Source of the DNA: Fonticula alba ATCC 38817
Lineage: Eukaryota > Protista > Nucleariida
Assembly (NCBI GenBank): GCA_000388065.2
Contig: KB932202.1
Length of the DNA: 63,716 nucleotides
Reading direction: 5' to 3' (one strand)
The notes beneath the pieces are model-generated. The model was not told the origin of the DNA. It saw only the letters and a list, made by a program, of their open reading frames with translations, and made no database searches. This document shows positions 24,974-37,800 of this stretch, in pieces. The translations under genes and the position numbers were made by a program. Numbering within the stretch: position 1 is the first letter of the stretch; each line of letters starts with the position of its first letter.

Positions 24974-25813
24974 ATGGCCAGCCCGCTCTTCGCCTCCTCC
25001 AGGATGACCATCCTCCTCTTGTCGGTCCTGGAGATCGTGCGTCCTCCCTGCTTGTCTGCCCCTGTCTCCCGGTGAGCGGCTCCTTGCTAACTGCCTCTGG
25101 CCCCTTGTGATCGTCTCTCCGCCCCTTTTGCTCTTCTCCTTCCCCCCCCCTCCCCAGATCTATCTCATCATGATCGCCGTCGCTGCCGGTATGGAGAAGC
25201 TCAACACCCTGACTGCTCTTGCCAGTGTGTTCGCCGCTCTTGTCATCATCATCTTCATCTTCGTGACGCGCCTCAATCTCAAGCTCATTGTGGTGGTGCG
25301 CTTCCCTTCTCCCTCCTGCTCCCCTTGCAATCTGCCCTCTGCCCCCGGCCGGGCCTGACATCCCCCCCCCCCCCACCCACACACCCTCCTTCCCTGCTGC
25401 CCCCTCAGCACCTCCTGATGAATACCGGTCTCTTCATCCTCTCGCTCCTGCTTATCCTCGAGTCCCTTGGTCATATTGAGCTGAGCATTGCCGAGGAAAC
25501 CTACTACCACATCCCGCTGATGCTGATGTTTGATCTGACCGATGACGAGGTCTGCATCAAGGCCATGTATTCGACCGCCTGTGTCCTGACCGTGCGTCAT
25601 TCCTTGCCTCTCACCCTCACGCGTAATTCCGGGCACATCCCTTCCCCCCCTCCTGCACGCCACCTGCCCCTCATGGCATTGTCCCTGACACTTACCATGC
25701 CTCCTCAACTCCCCCCTCCCCCCCCCCCCCGCTCCCACCATATGCAGGGCCTTCTCGCCCTCTCTGTCGGTGTCTACATGGCTACCTGGCGCAAGGGCCG
25801 CCGGAACTTCTGA
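24974..25813 (+). CDS. Orphan small four-TM membrane protein (149 aa)
   Basis: Exons 24974-25036, 25158-25295, 25409-25591, 25748-25813, all phase 0 with GTGCG donors and CAG acceptors. Kozak-like GCCACCATGG start; four hydrophobic segments; basic C-terminus RKGRRNF. Confidence 0.8.
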
Positions 25814-27362
25814 GCAGCCTGCATCCATGCTTCAAATTGTCCATCCCACACACATCCAACTTCACATGTCCGCGCAGCGTCGCCCAGTTCCCGATGCGCG
25901 CTTCTCCTCGCCTTCCAGCGGGGGGCTTTCCGGGCTGTTAATCTTCGCTTTAACACGCACAGAAAAAGAAATACACAACCTTGTTCTTTGTTTGGATCTC
26001 CGTGCTTGGCAAAGATTTAGTCTGTGTGTGTGTGTGTGCCCTGGAGAATATATCCGCGGGCGCCGTGTGCCGGATTGGACGACGCGAGCGTTCAAGGGTG
26101 TGTGTGTGTGTGTGTGCGCGTGTGTGCATGTGTGTACGTGTGTGTGCGTGTGTGTGCGCTGGAAATTGCTTGGTCAGAGGAGAGGGAAGTGTACTCAGAG
26201 CACTGGCCATCAGATCTCCGAATATGCTGGTATATCAGAATATCGCCACGAGGTCACGCCCGATGACCATATGATTCTCCTTCACTCAGTCTGTCATGCC
26301 TCGTTGTTCCCTCCCCGACTGGGAGACATAACCCATCAGTTCTCTCTTTCTCTCTCTCGGGACAGGCTGCTTTTTCGGAGAGCTGTGCTGGGGGCTAGGC
26401 AGTGCGGGACGGGATTTTTCTACTTTTTGGGCATGCCCCCCCCCCNNNNNNNNNNNNNNNNNNNNNNNNNNNNNNNNNNNNNNNNNNNNNNNNNNNNNNN
26501 NNNNNNNNNNNNNNNNNNNNNNNNNNNNNNNNNNNNNNNNNNNNNNNNNNNNNNNNNNNNNNNNNNNNNNNNNNNNNNNNNNNNNNNNNNNNNNNNNNNN
26601 NNNNNNNNNNNNNNNNNNNNNNNNNNNNNNNNNNNNNNNNNNNNNNNNNNNNNNNNNNNNNNNNNNNNNNNNNNNNNNNNNNNNNNNNNNNNNNNNNNNN
26701 NNNNNNNNNNNNNNNNNNNNNNNNNNNNNNNNNNNNNNNNNNNNNNNNNNNNNNNNNNNNNNNNNNNNNNNNNNNNNNNNNNNNNNNNNNNNNNNNNNNN
26801 NNNNNNNNNNNNNNNNNNNNNNNNNNNNNNNNNNNNNNNNNNNNNNNNNNNNNNNNNNNNNNNNNNNNNNNNNNNNNNNNNNNNNNNNNNNNNNNNNNNN
26901 NNNNNNNNNNGGGGGGGGGGGGCGGCTTCAGCACAGTATCATCTCCCTCGCCGTGGCGCGGGTCGGCTCTCTGACAACCGAACGGGCCCTGTGCGTGTGT
27001 GTGGAGGTTCTCGCGAACATAAATTCGACCAGCGGCCCGGCGAGGCGAGGGACACCGCAGGGGACCGGGGGCGAGGGCCGTGGGGTTGCTCGCCAGGAGG
27101 CGGCAGCCGGAGGGCACGCCAGCAGGAAGGGGGACACGTTTGACCCGGCCTGTTTTTGTTGCCGTCAGACCGGCCGGAGGAAGGGCGGGGGGAGCCCAGC
27201 TCTGTCGGTGTCGACCGGTCTTGGGCGTCTCTTTTCGGCGCCCCACCTCAAAATCCCCGCCCTCTCGAAGGCCAGTCTAGCATCTACCGGTGACCATCCC
27301 CCTCCCCCTCCCCACCGATTTTCTTGCCCCCTCCCCTCCCCCCCCCCTTCCATCCTTTTACA

Positions 27363-28812
27363 ATGAGCCTGCGTGTCCTTGTTGGCTGCAAGCGCGTCGT
27401 CGACCATGCCGTCCGCATTCGCGTTCGCCCGGACTTCTCTGCGGTCGAGACCCGTGACGTCAAGCACTCGCTGAACCCCTTCGACGAGATTGGTGTCGAG
27501 GAGGCTGTCCGCCTCAAGGAGAAGAACCTCGCCGGCGAGGTAGGCACCCTCTCTTCTTCTTTGTCCCCTCCCCCCCTCCGGCACGCGGACAGAGAGACGC
27601 CCNNNNNNNNNNNNNNNNNNNNNNNNNNNNNNNNNNNNNNNNNNNNNNNNNNNNNNNNNNNNNNNNNNNNNNNNNNNNNNNNNNNNNNNNNNNNNNNNNN
27701 NNNNNNNNNNNNNNNNNNNNNNNNNNNNNNNNNNNNNNNNNNNNNNNNNNNNNNNNNNNNNNNNNNNNNNNNNNNNNNNNNNNNNNNNNNNNNNNNNNNN
27801 NNNNNNNNNNNNNNNNNNNNNNNNNNNNNNNNNNNNNNNNNNNNNNNNNNNNNNNNNNNNNNNNNNNNNNNNNNNNNNNNNNNNNNNNNNNNNNNNNNNN
27901 NNNNNNNNNNNNNNNNNNNNNNNNNNNNNNNNNNNNNNNNNNNNNNNNNNNNNNNNNNNNNNNNNNNNNNNNNNNNNNNNNNNNNNNNNNNNNNNNNNNN
28001 NNNNNNNNNNNNNNNNNNNNNNNNNNNNNNNNNNNNNNNNNNNNNNNNNNNNNNNNNNNNNNNNNNNNNNNNNNNNNNNNNNNNNNNNNNNNNNNNNNNN
28101 NNNNNNNNNNNNNNNNNNNNNNNNNNNNNNNNNNNNNNNNNNNNNNNNNNNNNNNNNNNNNNNNNNNNNNNNNNNNNNNNNNNNNNNNNNNNNNNNNNNN
28201 NNNNNNNNNNNNNNNNNNNNNNNNNNNNNNNNNNNNNNNNNNNNNNNNNNNNNNNNNNNNNNNNNNNNNNNNNNNNNNNNNNNNNNNNNNNNNNNNNNNN
28301 NNNNNNNNNNNNNNNNNNNNNNNNNNNNNNNNNNNNNNNNNNNNNNNNNNNNNNNNNNNNNNNNNNNNNNNNNNNNNNNNNNNNNNNNNNNNNNNNNNNN
28401 NNNNNNNNNNNNNNNNNNNNNNNNNNNNNNNNNNNNNNNNNNNNNNNNNNNNNNNNNNNNNNNNNNNCCTCCCCTCCCACTCCTCTCTCCACCTCCACAG
28501 CAAGCCAAGAAGAAGAAGGTCGAGACCCTGACTCCGGCCGAGCTTGACGTCGATGTCGCCCCCCGCCTGGAGACCACCCGCGTACGTCCTGCTCTCTCTC
28601 CCGTCACACATGTTGGTGGATCTTGTGTCCCTCCTCCCCACTGAGCCTGACCTCCTTTCTCTCTCCTCCTCCTCCTCCTCCTTCCCCCCGGCCGCCCCCC
28701 TGTCTGAAATGCAATTTCCCAGGTCGAGGAGCCCGCTCCCCGCCAGGGCGGCGGCCGCGTCGCCGATGTCGCCGAGCTTATTTCCAAGCTCCGTGGTGCC
28801 GGTGCCCTCTAA
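27363..28812 (+). CDS. ETFB: Electron transfer flavoprotein beta subunit (middle exons in N-gap)
   Basis: Exon 27363-27539 [34 protein letters not shown]. After the gap, exons 28501-28581 ([18 protein letters not shown]) and 28723-28812 ([23 protein letters not shown]). Confidence 0.93.
27603..28467. other. Assembly gap hiding the central ETFB exons
   Basis: N-run between ETFB exon 1 and its C-terminal exons. Confidence 0.95.
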
Positions 28813-29313
28813 GGAGTATGGGTACTTCCCCTTCCATTTCTCCCCCCTTCTGCTTCCCCTCCCCCCTCCCCTGTGGTATTTGCATCTCAGGGAAGGAAGG
28901 GAAGCAATCCTCCCGCCCCCCCCTCCTGCATACGCCCCTTTTTTCAAATACACACCATTAAACAGGCAGCCTGCATGCATCATGTAGCTAGGAGGGGAAG
29001 GACACAGGGAAAGGCAAAGACTTCAGAAGGCACCCCACCACCACCAGGGTCACAGGCCGCCAGGGGGGAGGGGCGGGGGAAGTCAAATCAAGCGCGCGCG
29101 TGCGTTGGTGCGTCTAGTGGTCTTTATTTTAATGTGTGTCTGTGTCGCGCGACGCACATGGCCAAACGGAACAGTGGGGTGCGCAGGGGGGGAAAGAAAG
29201 GTACAGTCGTGTGTGTGTGTGTGCGCGCGTGTGTATGTGTGTGGCCCGCGTCCCCGCCGCGCTGGGAGGGGCGCGCGCGCGCGCGACAAGAAAGACCCTC
29301 ACACACACGTCAA

Positions 29314-30919
29314 TTAGGCCTGCTCAAGCTTGGCGCAAATGGCATTGGTGAACTCCGAGCACTTGGCCTTGCCGCCCAGGTCACCGGTGATGACCTGCCC
29401 CTCGGCGATGGTGGACAGGATGGCGTTCTCCACGCGGTTGGCATAATCCTCGAGCTTCATGTGACGGAGCATCATCACCGAGGACAGGAGCAGGGCAGTC
29501 GGGTTGGCCAGATCCTTGCCGGCAATATCCGGGGCAGTGCCATGGACCTGTGCCAATTTCAGAGCGATTGTGCACGGGGAGAGGGGGAACACAGGAAGAC
29601 AGAGAGGGACGGTGTTAGCCATGGAGGAGAGAGTAGGGGAGGAAGCAGGGGGCGGGCATGAGCATGCGCGGACACAGCCCCACGGCCTCACAGCCACACA
29701 ATCTACGCATGTGCAGCATGCACATATGAGCATGTACATGGAGGTGCAAAGGGAAGAGGGGGCGGCACGTACAGCCTCGAAGATGGCGCCGTCCTTGCCC
29801 TGGTTGCCAGAGGGAGTGAGACCGAGGCCACCGATCAGACCGGCGCACATGTCGGACATGATATCACCATAGAGGTTGGGCATGACCAGGACATCGAACT
29901 GCGAGGGGTCCTGAATGACATTCAGGCAGGCGCGATCCAGCAGGCACTCGCGGAACTCGATGTGCGGCCAGTTCTTGGCAACCTCACGGGCCTGCTCCAG
30001 GAACAGACCATCGGACATCTTCATGATGTTGGCCTTGTGGACCACGGTCACAGACTTGCGGTTGTTGTCGTGGGCATACTGGAAGGCGTACTCGCAAACG
30101 CGGCGCGAGGCATCCCGAGTGATGAGCTTGATGGACTGCACCACACCGCGGGTCACCTCGTGCTCGATGCCGGAGTACTCACCCTCGGTATTCTCACGGA
30201 TGATGACAATGTCGACGCCATCATAGAGGGTCTTGTAGCCGTCGACGGAGCGGCAGGGGCGCACGTTGGCGTAGAGGTTGAAGGCGCTTTGGGGGAGAGG
30301 GGGAGAGTCAACATCAGGGCCATGGCGGCGGCCAGCGAGGGGGGGGGGGAAGGGGGAGAGAGAGAGAGAGAGAGAGCAGGCGGGCAGGCGGGCAGGCAGA
30401 CAGTGCGTACCGACGGAGGGTGAGGTTCAGAGAAATGTGGCCCTTGCCGATGGGGGTAGCCAGAGGACCCTTAAGCCCGATGCCGGACTCACGCATGGAC
30501 TCGAACAGGCGCTCGGGGAGCTTGTTCTTGCCGGTAACCGGGTCGCGGACGGGGGTCACATCGATGGTGTCCCAGCGAATGGGGACCTTGGCCGCGGCGA
30601 AAATGCGCTTGACGGAGTCGGCAATCTCGGGGCCGATACCGTCACCGGGGATCAGGGTAACGGGGCGGAGCTGAATGGGGGCGTCAGAGCGGGATGCGGG
30701 GGAGAGAGAGAGAGAGAGAGGCAGAGGGGGGGAGAAAGGAGGGGAGAACGGGCACGAAGCCAACAAGTCGACGAGAGAGAGAGAGAGAGCGAGGGAAGGA
30801 GGACGCACCGAGTCGTCGGAAACGGCAGTGCTGAAAGCAGCAGCCAGGGGGCGAGCCGGCTGGGCCGCCTGGAAGCGAGCCACAGAACGAGCAGCAAGGC
30901 CAGCAGAGCGAGACAGCAT
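29314..30919 (-). CDS. IDH3A: Mitochondrial NAD-dependent isocitrate dehydrogenase, catalytic subunit (IDH3A / yeast IDH2 type)
   Basis: Exons 30919-30809, 30670-30411, 30286-29773, 29547-29314. Motifs [76 protein letters not shown]. Confidence 0.95.
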
Positions 30920-32769
30920 GGTGGAGGAAGAGGGGAGGGGAGAGAAGGGGAGCGACGACGAAAGCGGGGGGGGGCAGTCGGCGATCGTAGTGGGGTGGGA
31001 GTGGCGTGGTCTAGCTGGGCCAGGATGAGCCGGACTGGAATGCGGCGTCTGAAAAGAAAAAAAAAGGCGCCAGCCGGCGCGCCGGGGGGACCGGGAGCGG
31101 GCGACGCGGGGGCTGTCCACACTTCGGGCAAACGGCGCACACCCGGCTCGCAGCAGGGGGAGCGTCGTCTCCACCCTCCCCCCTCCAGGGGGCTTGCTGG
31201 TCCGCGGGTGCGCGGGCTCACGTATATACCCCGCCGGGAGCACGCGCGCCCGCACTCCCGCCGACCGTAGCCTTGTCCTCCAGGCCCTCCCCGACACATG
31301 AACGGAGAGGGGGCTCTCCCAAAGACGGAAGCATCTCCGCGCTCCCCCGGCCCTCCGTACGCAGCAAATGGACTCGCCCAGGACAGTTGGAAACTTTTCT
31401 GCCCCCGGTGTTTGGGAGACGTGCCATCAATGCCCCCCCCCCCTCGGTGGAGGGGCGGCAGCGGCGCAGGGCCGGCCTTTCACGAGGCGGGCCCGGGGCA
31501 TAATCTAGCCTTCCGAGCACCGCATCGGGCTCTAGCGTCTTGATCGGGCGCTCTCACACGACTGACATGCATGTGCCCACCAATTCCTTGCCCCCGCGGC
31601 CCCCACGATCGCCAGCACGCCCCACGTTGTCCCCGGCCTGGCCCCTCCAAAGCTCATCTGCGTCTGGCTGCTCGGGTGTGTGCGCGCCAACCCGGCGCGA
31701 GCCCCCCGCCCCACCCCCCCCCCCCGCCCCGCCCCGCCCTGCCCTGCCCCCCGAGAGCGCCTCCTTCCAGCCTGGGACCAACAGCTGGTCGGCAGCCACA
31801 TTTCGAGAGGGCCTTGCCCAGGTCCAAGGTCAATGCCAACGAACGGCACCAGAGCGAGCCCGAGGGAGGCCTCCCTCGGACTGCGGTGCACCCGGCAGCC
31901 CGCCACGTACCCACTGATAGTGTCCTCGTTGCCCCCCCGCCCCCCCCCCCCCCCCCCCTCCCCCCCCCCCCCCCCCCCAGGCAGTCGCCGGGATTCGACC
32001 CGCTCCCCACGCCTCGCCCAGAAAAGCCGAGGGTCTGCCGGTCTGTGTGGCCGTGTCCAGCTGGCAGGCGAGGGGCTTCCGGCCAGCCCACCGAACCCTC
32101 AAAAGCAGCTGGGACCAGGATGTGCCGTTCGTGGCACCTGCGAGTGTCTGTCTGCATCAGGCACCGGGGGGGGTGGAGGGGCGGGAACGGGGGCAGGCGC
32201 GCCGTCTTTTCAGGTTCCTCCGGCTAGGGTTGGACCGCGCGCCTCGCTGATCCCGGGCACCTGCCCCTCCCGCGAGGGTAGGTGTTTCCGCAAACATCCC
32301 CAAAATCTGCGGCTCGTGATCACATCACGCGCCACATAGCGCAATACACATCCGATAGACCGCCCTCTCGGCCTGGCCACCGATGCAATCCGTCAGATCT
32401 GTGCCGCGGCTTGCGGGCAGATTCCCCCGGGTCTCCCGCCTCTCGGCTCGGCCCGGCCCGGGCCGGCCCGGCCCGGCCGCCCCTGTCTCCTCTCACTCGC
32501 GGATATGCTTGTCCACAGTGGCCAGCGATCGACTTGTAGACGGGTTTCCAGGCTCCGGAGGCTGGCTCGAGTGGGTCTCGGCCTCTGTTGCTGCTGGTTG
32601 TTGTTTTTTTTATCTCGCACCACCGCCCCGTCCCCCTGCACTCACGGTCAGGCATGCCTATCGTCGGTCTTGCCCCTCCCCCTCCCCCTCCCCTCCCTAC
32701 TGCCCCTTTCGCTCGGTCTCCTTCCTCCCATAGATTGCAAGAAGAAAAGAAAGAGAAAAAGTAAGAGAA

Positions 32770-32958
32770 ATGAAGTCGCGCTTCTCTTCGCTCGATATCC
32801 GGATTCTCGTGAATGAGCTGCGATCCAAGTGCGTTGCGCTTTGCTCTTCCGAAAACCGCTGCCATGCCCATGGGTATAGTCATCCCTTGGCTTAGGGTCT
32901 TACGCCTCTCACCGTTGGTGCCCACTCCCCCGCGCTCCACAACCACCACCACCACCAC

Positions 32959-32998
<40 letters not shown>

Positions 32999-35900
32999 AT
33001 CGTCGGATTCCGCGTCGCCAACATCTACGATGTCAACTCCAAAACCTACCTCTTCAAGCTTGTGCAGACGGGTGTGGCGGCCGTTGGCCAAGTAAACCAG
33101 CAAATTTTCCTGCTCTCGGAGTCCGGCAATCGCTTCCACACCACCGAGTATGACCGCGACCGGTCGCCGATGCCCAATGATTTTTCCATGAAGGTGCGCG
33201 CCTCCCATGGCCAACTCCGCCCCTCCCCTGCCCTCTCCCCAAGCTTGTCCTGACCCCAACAATTCGCCCCTTCCCCCTCCCCTCCTCCCTCCCTCTTCCC
33301 CATGTGCAGCTCCGCAAGCACATCCGGACACACCGGATTTCCGGCATCCGCCAGGTCGGCGTCGATCGCATTATCGAGATCAGCTTCACCAGCGGCTACC
33401 TGCTGTACTTTGAGTTCTTTGCCGGTGTGCGTGCCCTGCCCCCTCCTCCCGCTTGGTCCCCTGGCCTGTCCCCCGGGATTAGCGCTTCCTTCCCCTGGAT
33501 CTCCCCCCCCCTCCTCTTCCCCGTTGTCTGACCCATCATGCTCCGCCTTTCGAATGGCCCTCCCCTCGGCTCCGCAGGGTAATATCATCCTCACCAACCC
33601 TGAGCACCAAATTCTGGCCCTCTTGCGTATGGCCAAGCCCGATGAGAACACCCGCTTTGCCGTGCGCGAGACCTACGACATCTCCCGGGCCCATGCCTCC
33701 CTGACTCCTGTGTCGAGGGACAGGTGCGCGCTTCCGCATGCCGGTCGGCTGCATGCCGGGGCACCTCCCCTTTGGGCCGGCCATCAGCTTGGCTAACCGC
33801 TCTGCCCCCCCCCCCCCCCCTGCAAAGCCTCATGGCCATTCTCCGGTCCGCCGGGCCGGACATCGAGCTGCGGCGGCTCCTGCTGGAGACACTTGCCTAT
33901 GGGTCCTCGCTGATTGACCACTGCATCACCAAGGCCGGCCTGGAACCCAGCATGAATGTTGTCCGGTCTTTCGACATGTCGCCAGGTATCACACATGTCC
34001 CCCCTCTCGCCGATGCCCAAACCCCGGGTGCCTACACGGCCCGGCCGTCCATCCCGCGTGCTGACTCTGCCGTATGTCCTCCCTGCCTAGACTCGGCCAG
34101 CTTCGACAATCTGTTGGCTGCCCTGCAGGAGGCCAACACCTTTTTCGAGGGCAGCCAGGCCACCACACCCGGGTACATTTTCACCCGGGCCAACCCATCC
34201 CCCCGCAAGGACCCGGATGGGAACCTCATCGACGAGGAGCTGTACGTGCCATCTTCCTCTCCCTTTTTTTCTTCTTCTCGTGCCTCCCGTATCCGGCTCT
34301 TTTGCTGGTCTTCCCCATCGCCACCTAACCAACCGCGCCTCACCAATGGTGTGCATGCCGCTCTGACCTCCTTGCCGGGAAAAAAAATCAACAACAATAA
34401 TCGCCCAGCTTCGAGAGCTTCGAGCCCTTCCTCTTCGAGCATCTGAAGGACCGCCCCCACCGGGTGTTCGACACCTTTGACAAGGCCCTGGACGAGTACT
34501 TCTCTCGCATCGATGGCCAGCGGGTGGATCAGCGCGCGGCCCGGGCGCAGCAGCAGTCCCTCAACCGCGTGGCCCACGTGCGCAAGGACCACGAGAACCG
34601 CCTTCAGGCACTGCGTGCGGCGCAAGTTTCCAATGTTGAGCGGGCCCGACTCATTGAGGCCAATGTGGACCTGGTTGACGCGGCCCGGCAGATTGTCCTG
34701 TCGGCCCTGGCATCCGGGTTCCAATGGTCGCAATTGTGGGAGCTGGTGGTCAGCCAGAAGGATCTCGGCCACCCGGTGGCCCGGTGCATTCATGCCCTGC
34801 GACTTGAGACCAGCCAGATCGACCTGTCCCTGCCGATCATCGAGGAGGAGGAGGAAGATGCCTACGACTCGGACGAGGACTTTGACAATGAGGAGGCCTC
34901 CACCCGGGGATCGAAGAAGCGCCGAATGGTGGTCACCATCGACCTCGGGGTGTCGGCTTTCGCCAATGCCCAGAATTACTACCAGCTGAAGAAGTCCTCC
35001 CATGAGAAGGAGCTCCGGACCATCAGTGCCTCCTCGAGGGCCATTCGCTCGACCGAGCGCCTGGTCCGCCAGGAGATCCAGCAGGTGCAAGTGGCGTCGG
35101 CGGTCAACCGCATGCGCAAGCCCTATTGGTTCGAGCGCTTTGCTTGGTTCATCTCCACCGAGAATTATCTGGTGATCGCGGGCCGCGATGCCCAGCAGAA
35201 TGAAATCCTGGTCAAGCGCTATCTGCGTCCTGGCGATGCTTACATTCATGCGGACATCCACGGCGCCACGAGTGTCATCGTGAAGAACCCCTTCCCCGAT
35301 CAGCCGGTGTCGCCGGTGACCTTGTCGCAGGCAGGGTGCGTCCATGCTGGTTTTCCTCCTTCTCTCTCTCTCTCTCTCTCTCTCCCTCTGCTTCTTTCTC
35401 CTGGGAAGCGCACAAGGGGCAAAGATTGTGACATGATCCGCGGTCCCCGGTGGTCTAACTCGCCTTTCCCCTCCTTCCCCTCCCCTCCCCCCCTCCCCTC
35501 GACTATGGTTGCATGTGCAGCACTATGGCCATTTGCCTGTCCAGCGCGTGGGATGCCAATATCGTTGTGTCGGCCTGGTGGGTCGAGGCCAACCAGGTGT
35601 CCAAGACGGCCCCCTCCGGCGAGTACCTGCCCACCGGGTCCTTTGTCATTCGTGGCAAGAAGAACTTCCTTCCCCCGGCTCGGCTTGAGATGGGCTTTGG
35701 GTATATGTTCCGTCTCGATGACGAGTCGGTCCCCCGTCACCGGGGCGAGCGCAAGATGAACCTCTCCAAGGATGACATCGAGGCCTATGCCTCCTCGGTG
35801 CAGCGCTACGGCCTCCAGGCAAGTGACACGTCTGCCGAGACACCCGCCTCCGAGTCGGTGGCCGAGAGCTCGGCCGAATCTTCCGCCGAGTTGGACCTGT

Positions 35901-37349
35901 CAAAGGTGGACTTCTCGAACATCACTGATGACACTGGCTTCGCGCGCGACGCCGACGCATCTCCCGAGGACAGCGACCAGGAGGCTGGCCAGGGCGCAGA
36001 GGCGGCGGACAGGGACTCGATTTCATCCGATGAGGACGAGGAGGCTGCCGAGGAGATCGCCGCTCCCTCTGCTCCGGAGCCCACCTCCTCCAAGAAGAAG
36101 CAGACGGCTGCCTCCAAGAAGAAGCAGGCTGCTGCTTCGAAGAAGCCCTCCCGTGAAGAATCCCCTCCCCCAGCGAAGGTATGTTTCCTTGTTTGCCACT
36201 TTTCCCCCGGGGCCCCTTTCCTTCATCGTCGGCCTTCAATCGAATACTCACCCCGGTGCCATTGGTTCCCACGGCTCCAGGTTCGCGGCAAGCATGGCAA
36301 GATGAAGAAGCTCAAGAAGAAGTATGCCGATCAGGATGACGAGGAGCGCGAATTGCGCATGGAACTTCTCGGGGTGCGTCTCCCTTGGTCTCTGTCTCTC
36401 TCTCTCTCTCTCTCTCTTCCGCACCTCCTCTCCCTGTACGGGCAGGCGCAGCCACGCCTTCACGCCAGTCTCTAATGTGCCTTCTTCCCTTCCCTCCTCT
36501 TCGTTGCTCTGTCCAGTCCACGAAGGGCGCCAACCAGAAGGCTGCCAAGCGCCAGGAAGAGATCGCCAAGCGCCAGGAGAAGGTGGACCGGGCCAATCGC
36601 CCGCGCGTCAAGGCCCCGGTCACCTCGCTGATGCATGTCCCCGCTAGCGGTGCCGATGGTGCCGAGAATGCCGCCGCCCCGGCGACCCTCACTGAGGAGC
36701 AAGAGCGTCAGGAGGTTCGCCAGCTGCTGGCCGCCGAGCAGATTCCCCTTGATGATGACGAGGAGGCAGAGCTGTCCACGTCGGTGCGTTGGTGGCTTTG
36801 TCCCCCCTCGGCCCCTCAATCCTGCTCACCGCATCTATTCCACACGTGCCTCTCCTTCACTCCCGAGCCCTCGCTTACCATGCGTCCCCCAAAATCGCAC
36901 ACTTGACAGTCCCTGATGGGCTATCTGGATGCCTTGACCGGTGTCCCCCATCCGGATGACATCCTCCTCTACGCGGTGCCCGTGTGCCTGCCGTACACCG
37001 TGGCTCTGACTTATAAGTTCAAGGTGAAGGTGACCCCTGGAAGCCTGAAGAAGGGGAAGGGTATGTGGCGCCTTCGTTTGGCGTCTTCTCTTTTGTTCCC
37101 CTCGGCCTCTCTCTCCCTCTGTCCCTTTCTCTCTCTCACACACACACACACACGACTGGATCTATCCCTCCATCCCCTCGGACCGCCTTATCCCCAGCTT
37201 GCAAGGCCACCCTCGATCTGGTGGAGAAACACCCTGACATGACGCGCCGTGAGCGGGACCTCCTGCGTGCGGTTCCCACAACCGAGGCCGTGGCGCAGAT
37301 GATTGGCAAGGCCCGCATCAGCCCCGCTGCCGGCGATCGGAAGAAGTGA
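32770..37349 (+). CDS. NEMF: Ribosome quality control subunit NEMF/Rqc2 (NFACT-N, NFACT-R, NFACT-C)
   Basis: About 12 exons. [42 protein letters not shown] (conserved DR), [65 protein letters not shown]...AVPVC.PY, KVKVTPG..KKGKA. Confidence 0.96.
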
Positions 37350-37800
37350 TTGTTCATCACTGACGTTGGCTTGTACACACCCATTACAAGATACCCATCG
37401 TACCCCGTGGCTGGGCCTATTAATTTATTTTTTTGGAATACGCACGTGTGCGACTTCAACCCTACACCCTGCTTGCGAGGAGGAAGACACCACTACCACC
37501 ACCACCACCACCACCACCACCACAAAGGAGATATTGAAGGTTGATTTTGCTTTTATTTTTCTTTCGCCCCTCCGCGCGAGGGGACAACAAAAAAGGGGGA
37601 TGATGCGCGGGGGCAGAAGACGAGGGAATAGGCTGGATGCCAGACGGCTTGGGCGGGTGGGAGGGAGGGAGGGAGGTGGAATCTAGTTGGGGTCAGTGGG
37701 CAGGGAGGAAGGGATGGGCATGCTGTCCGCACACAAGTGCACAAGCGCGCGCATGCCCTCGCCTACCTTCCTCCCTCCCGAGGCCCCCTCCGCCCCTCTC

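Noticed and set aside
24177-27602. 32-bp identical sequence CCCCCCTCCGGCACGCGGACAGAGAGACGCCC at 24177-24208 and 27571-27602
   Set aside because: The second copy starts in a C-run and ends exactly at an N-gap inside an ETFB intron, which is the signature of a contig-end misjoin through a homopolymer rather than a repeat element.
34032-35345. 437-aa minus-strand ORF and similar long antisense ORFs (44958-46412, 47365-48162)
   Set aside because: Shadow ORFs antisense to NEMF and NAT10 exons, caused by GC3-rich codon usage.
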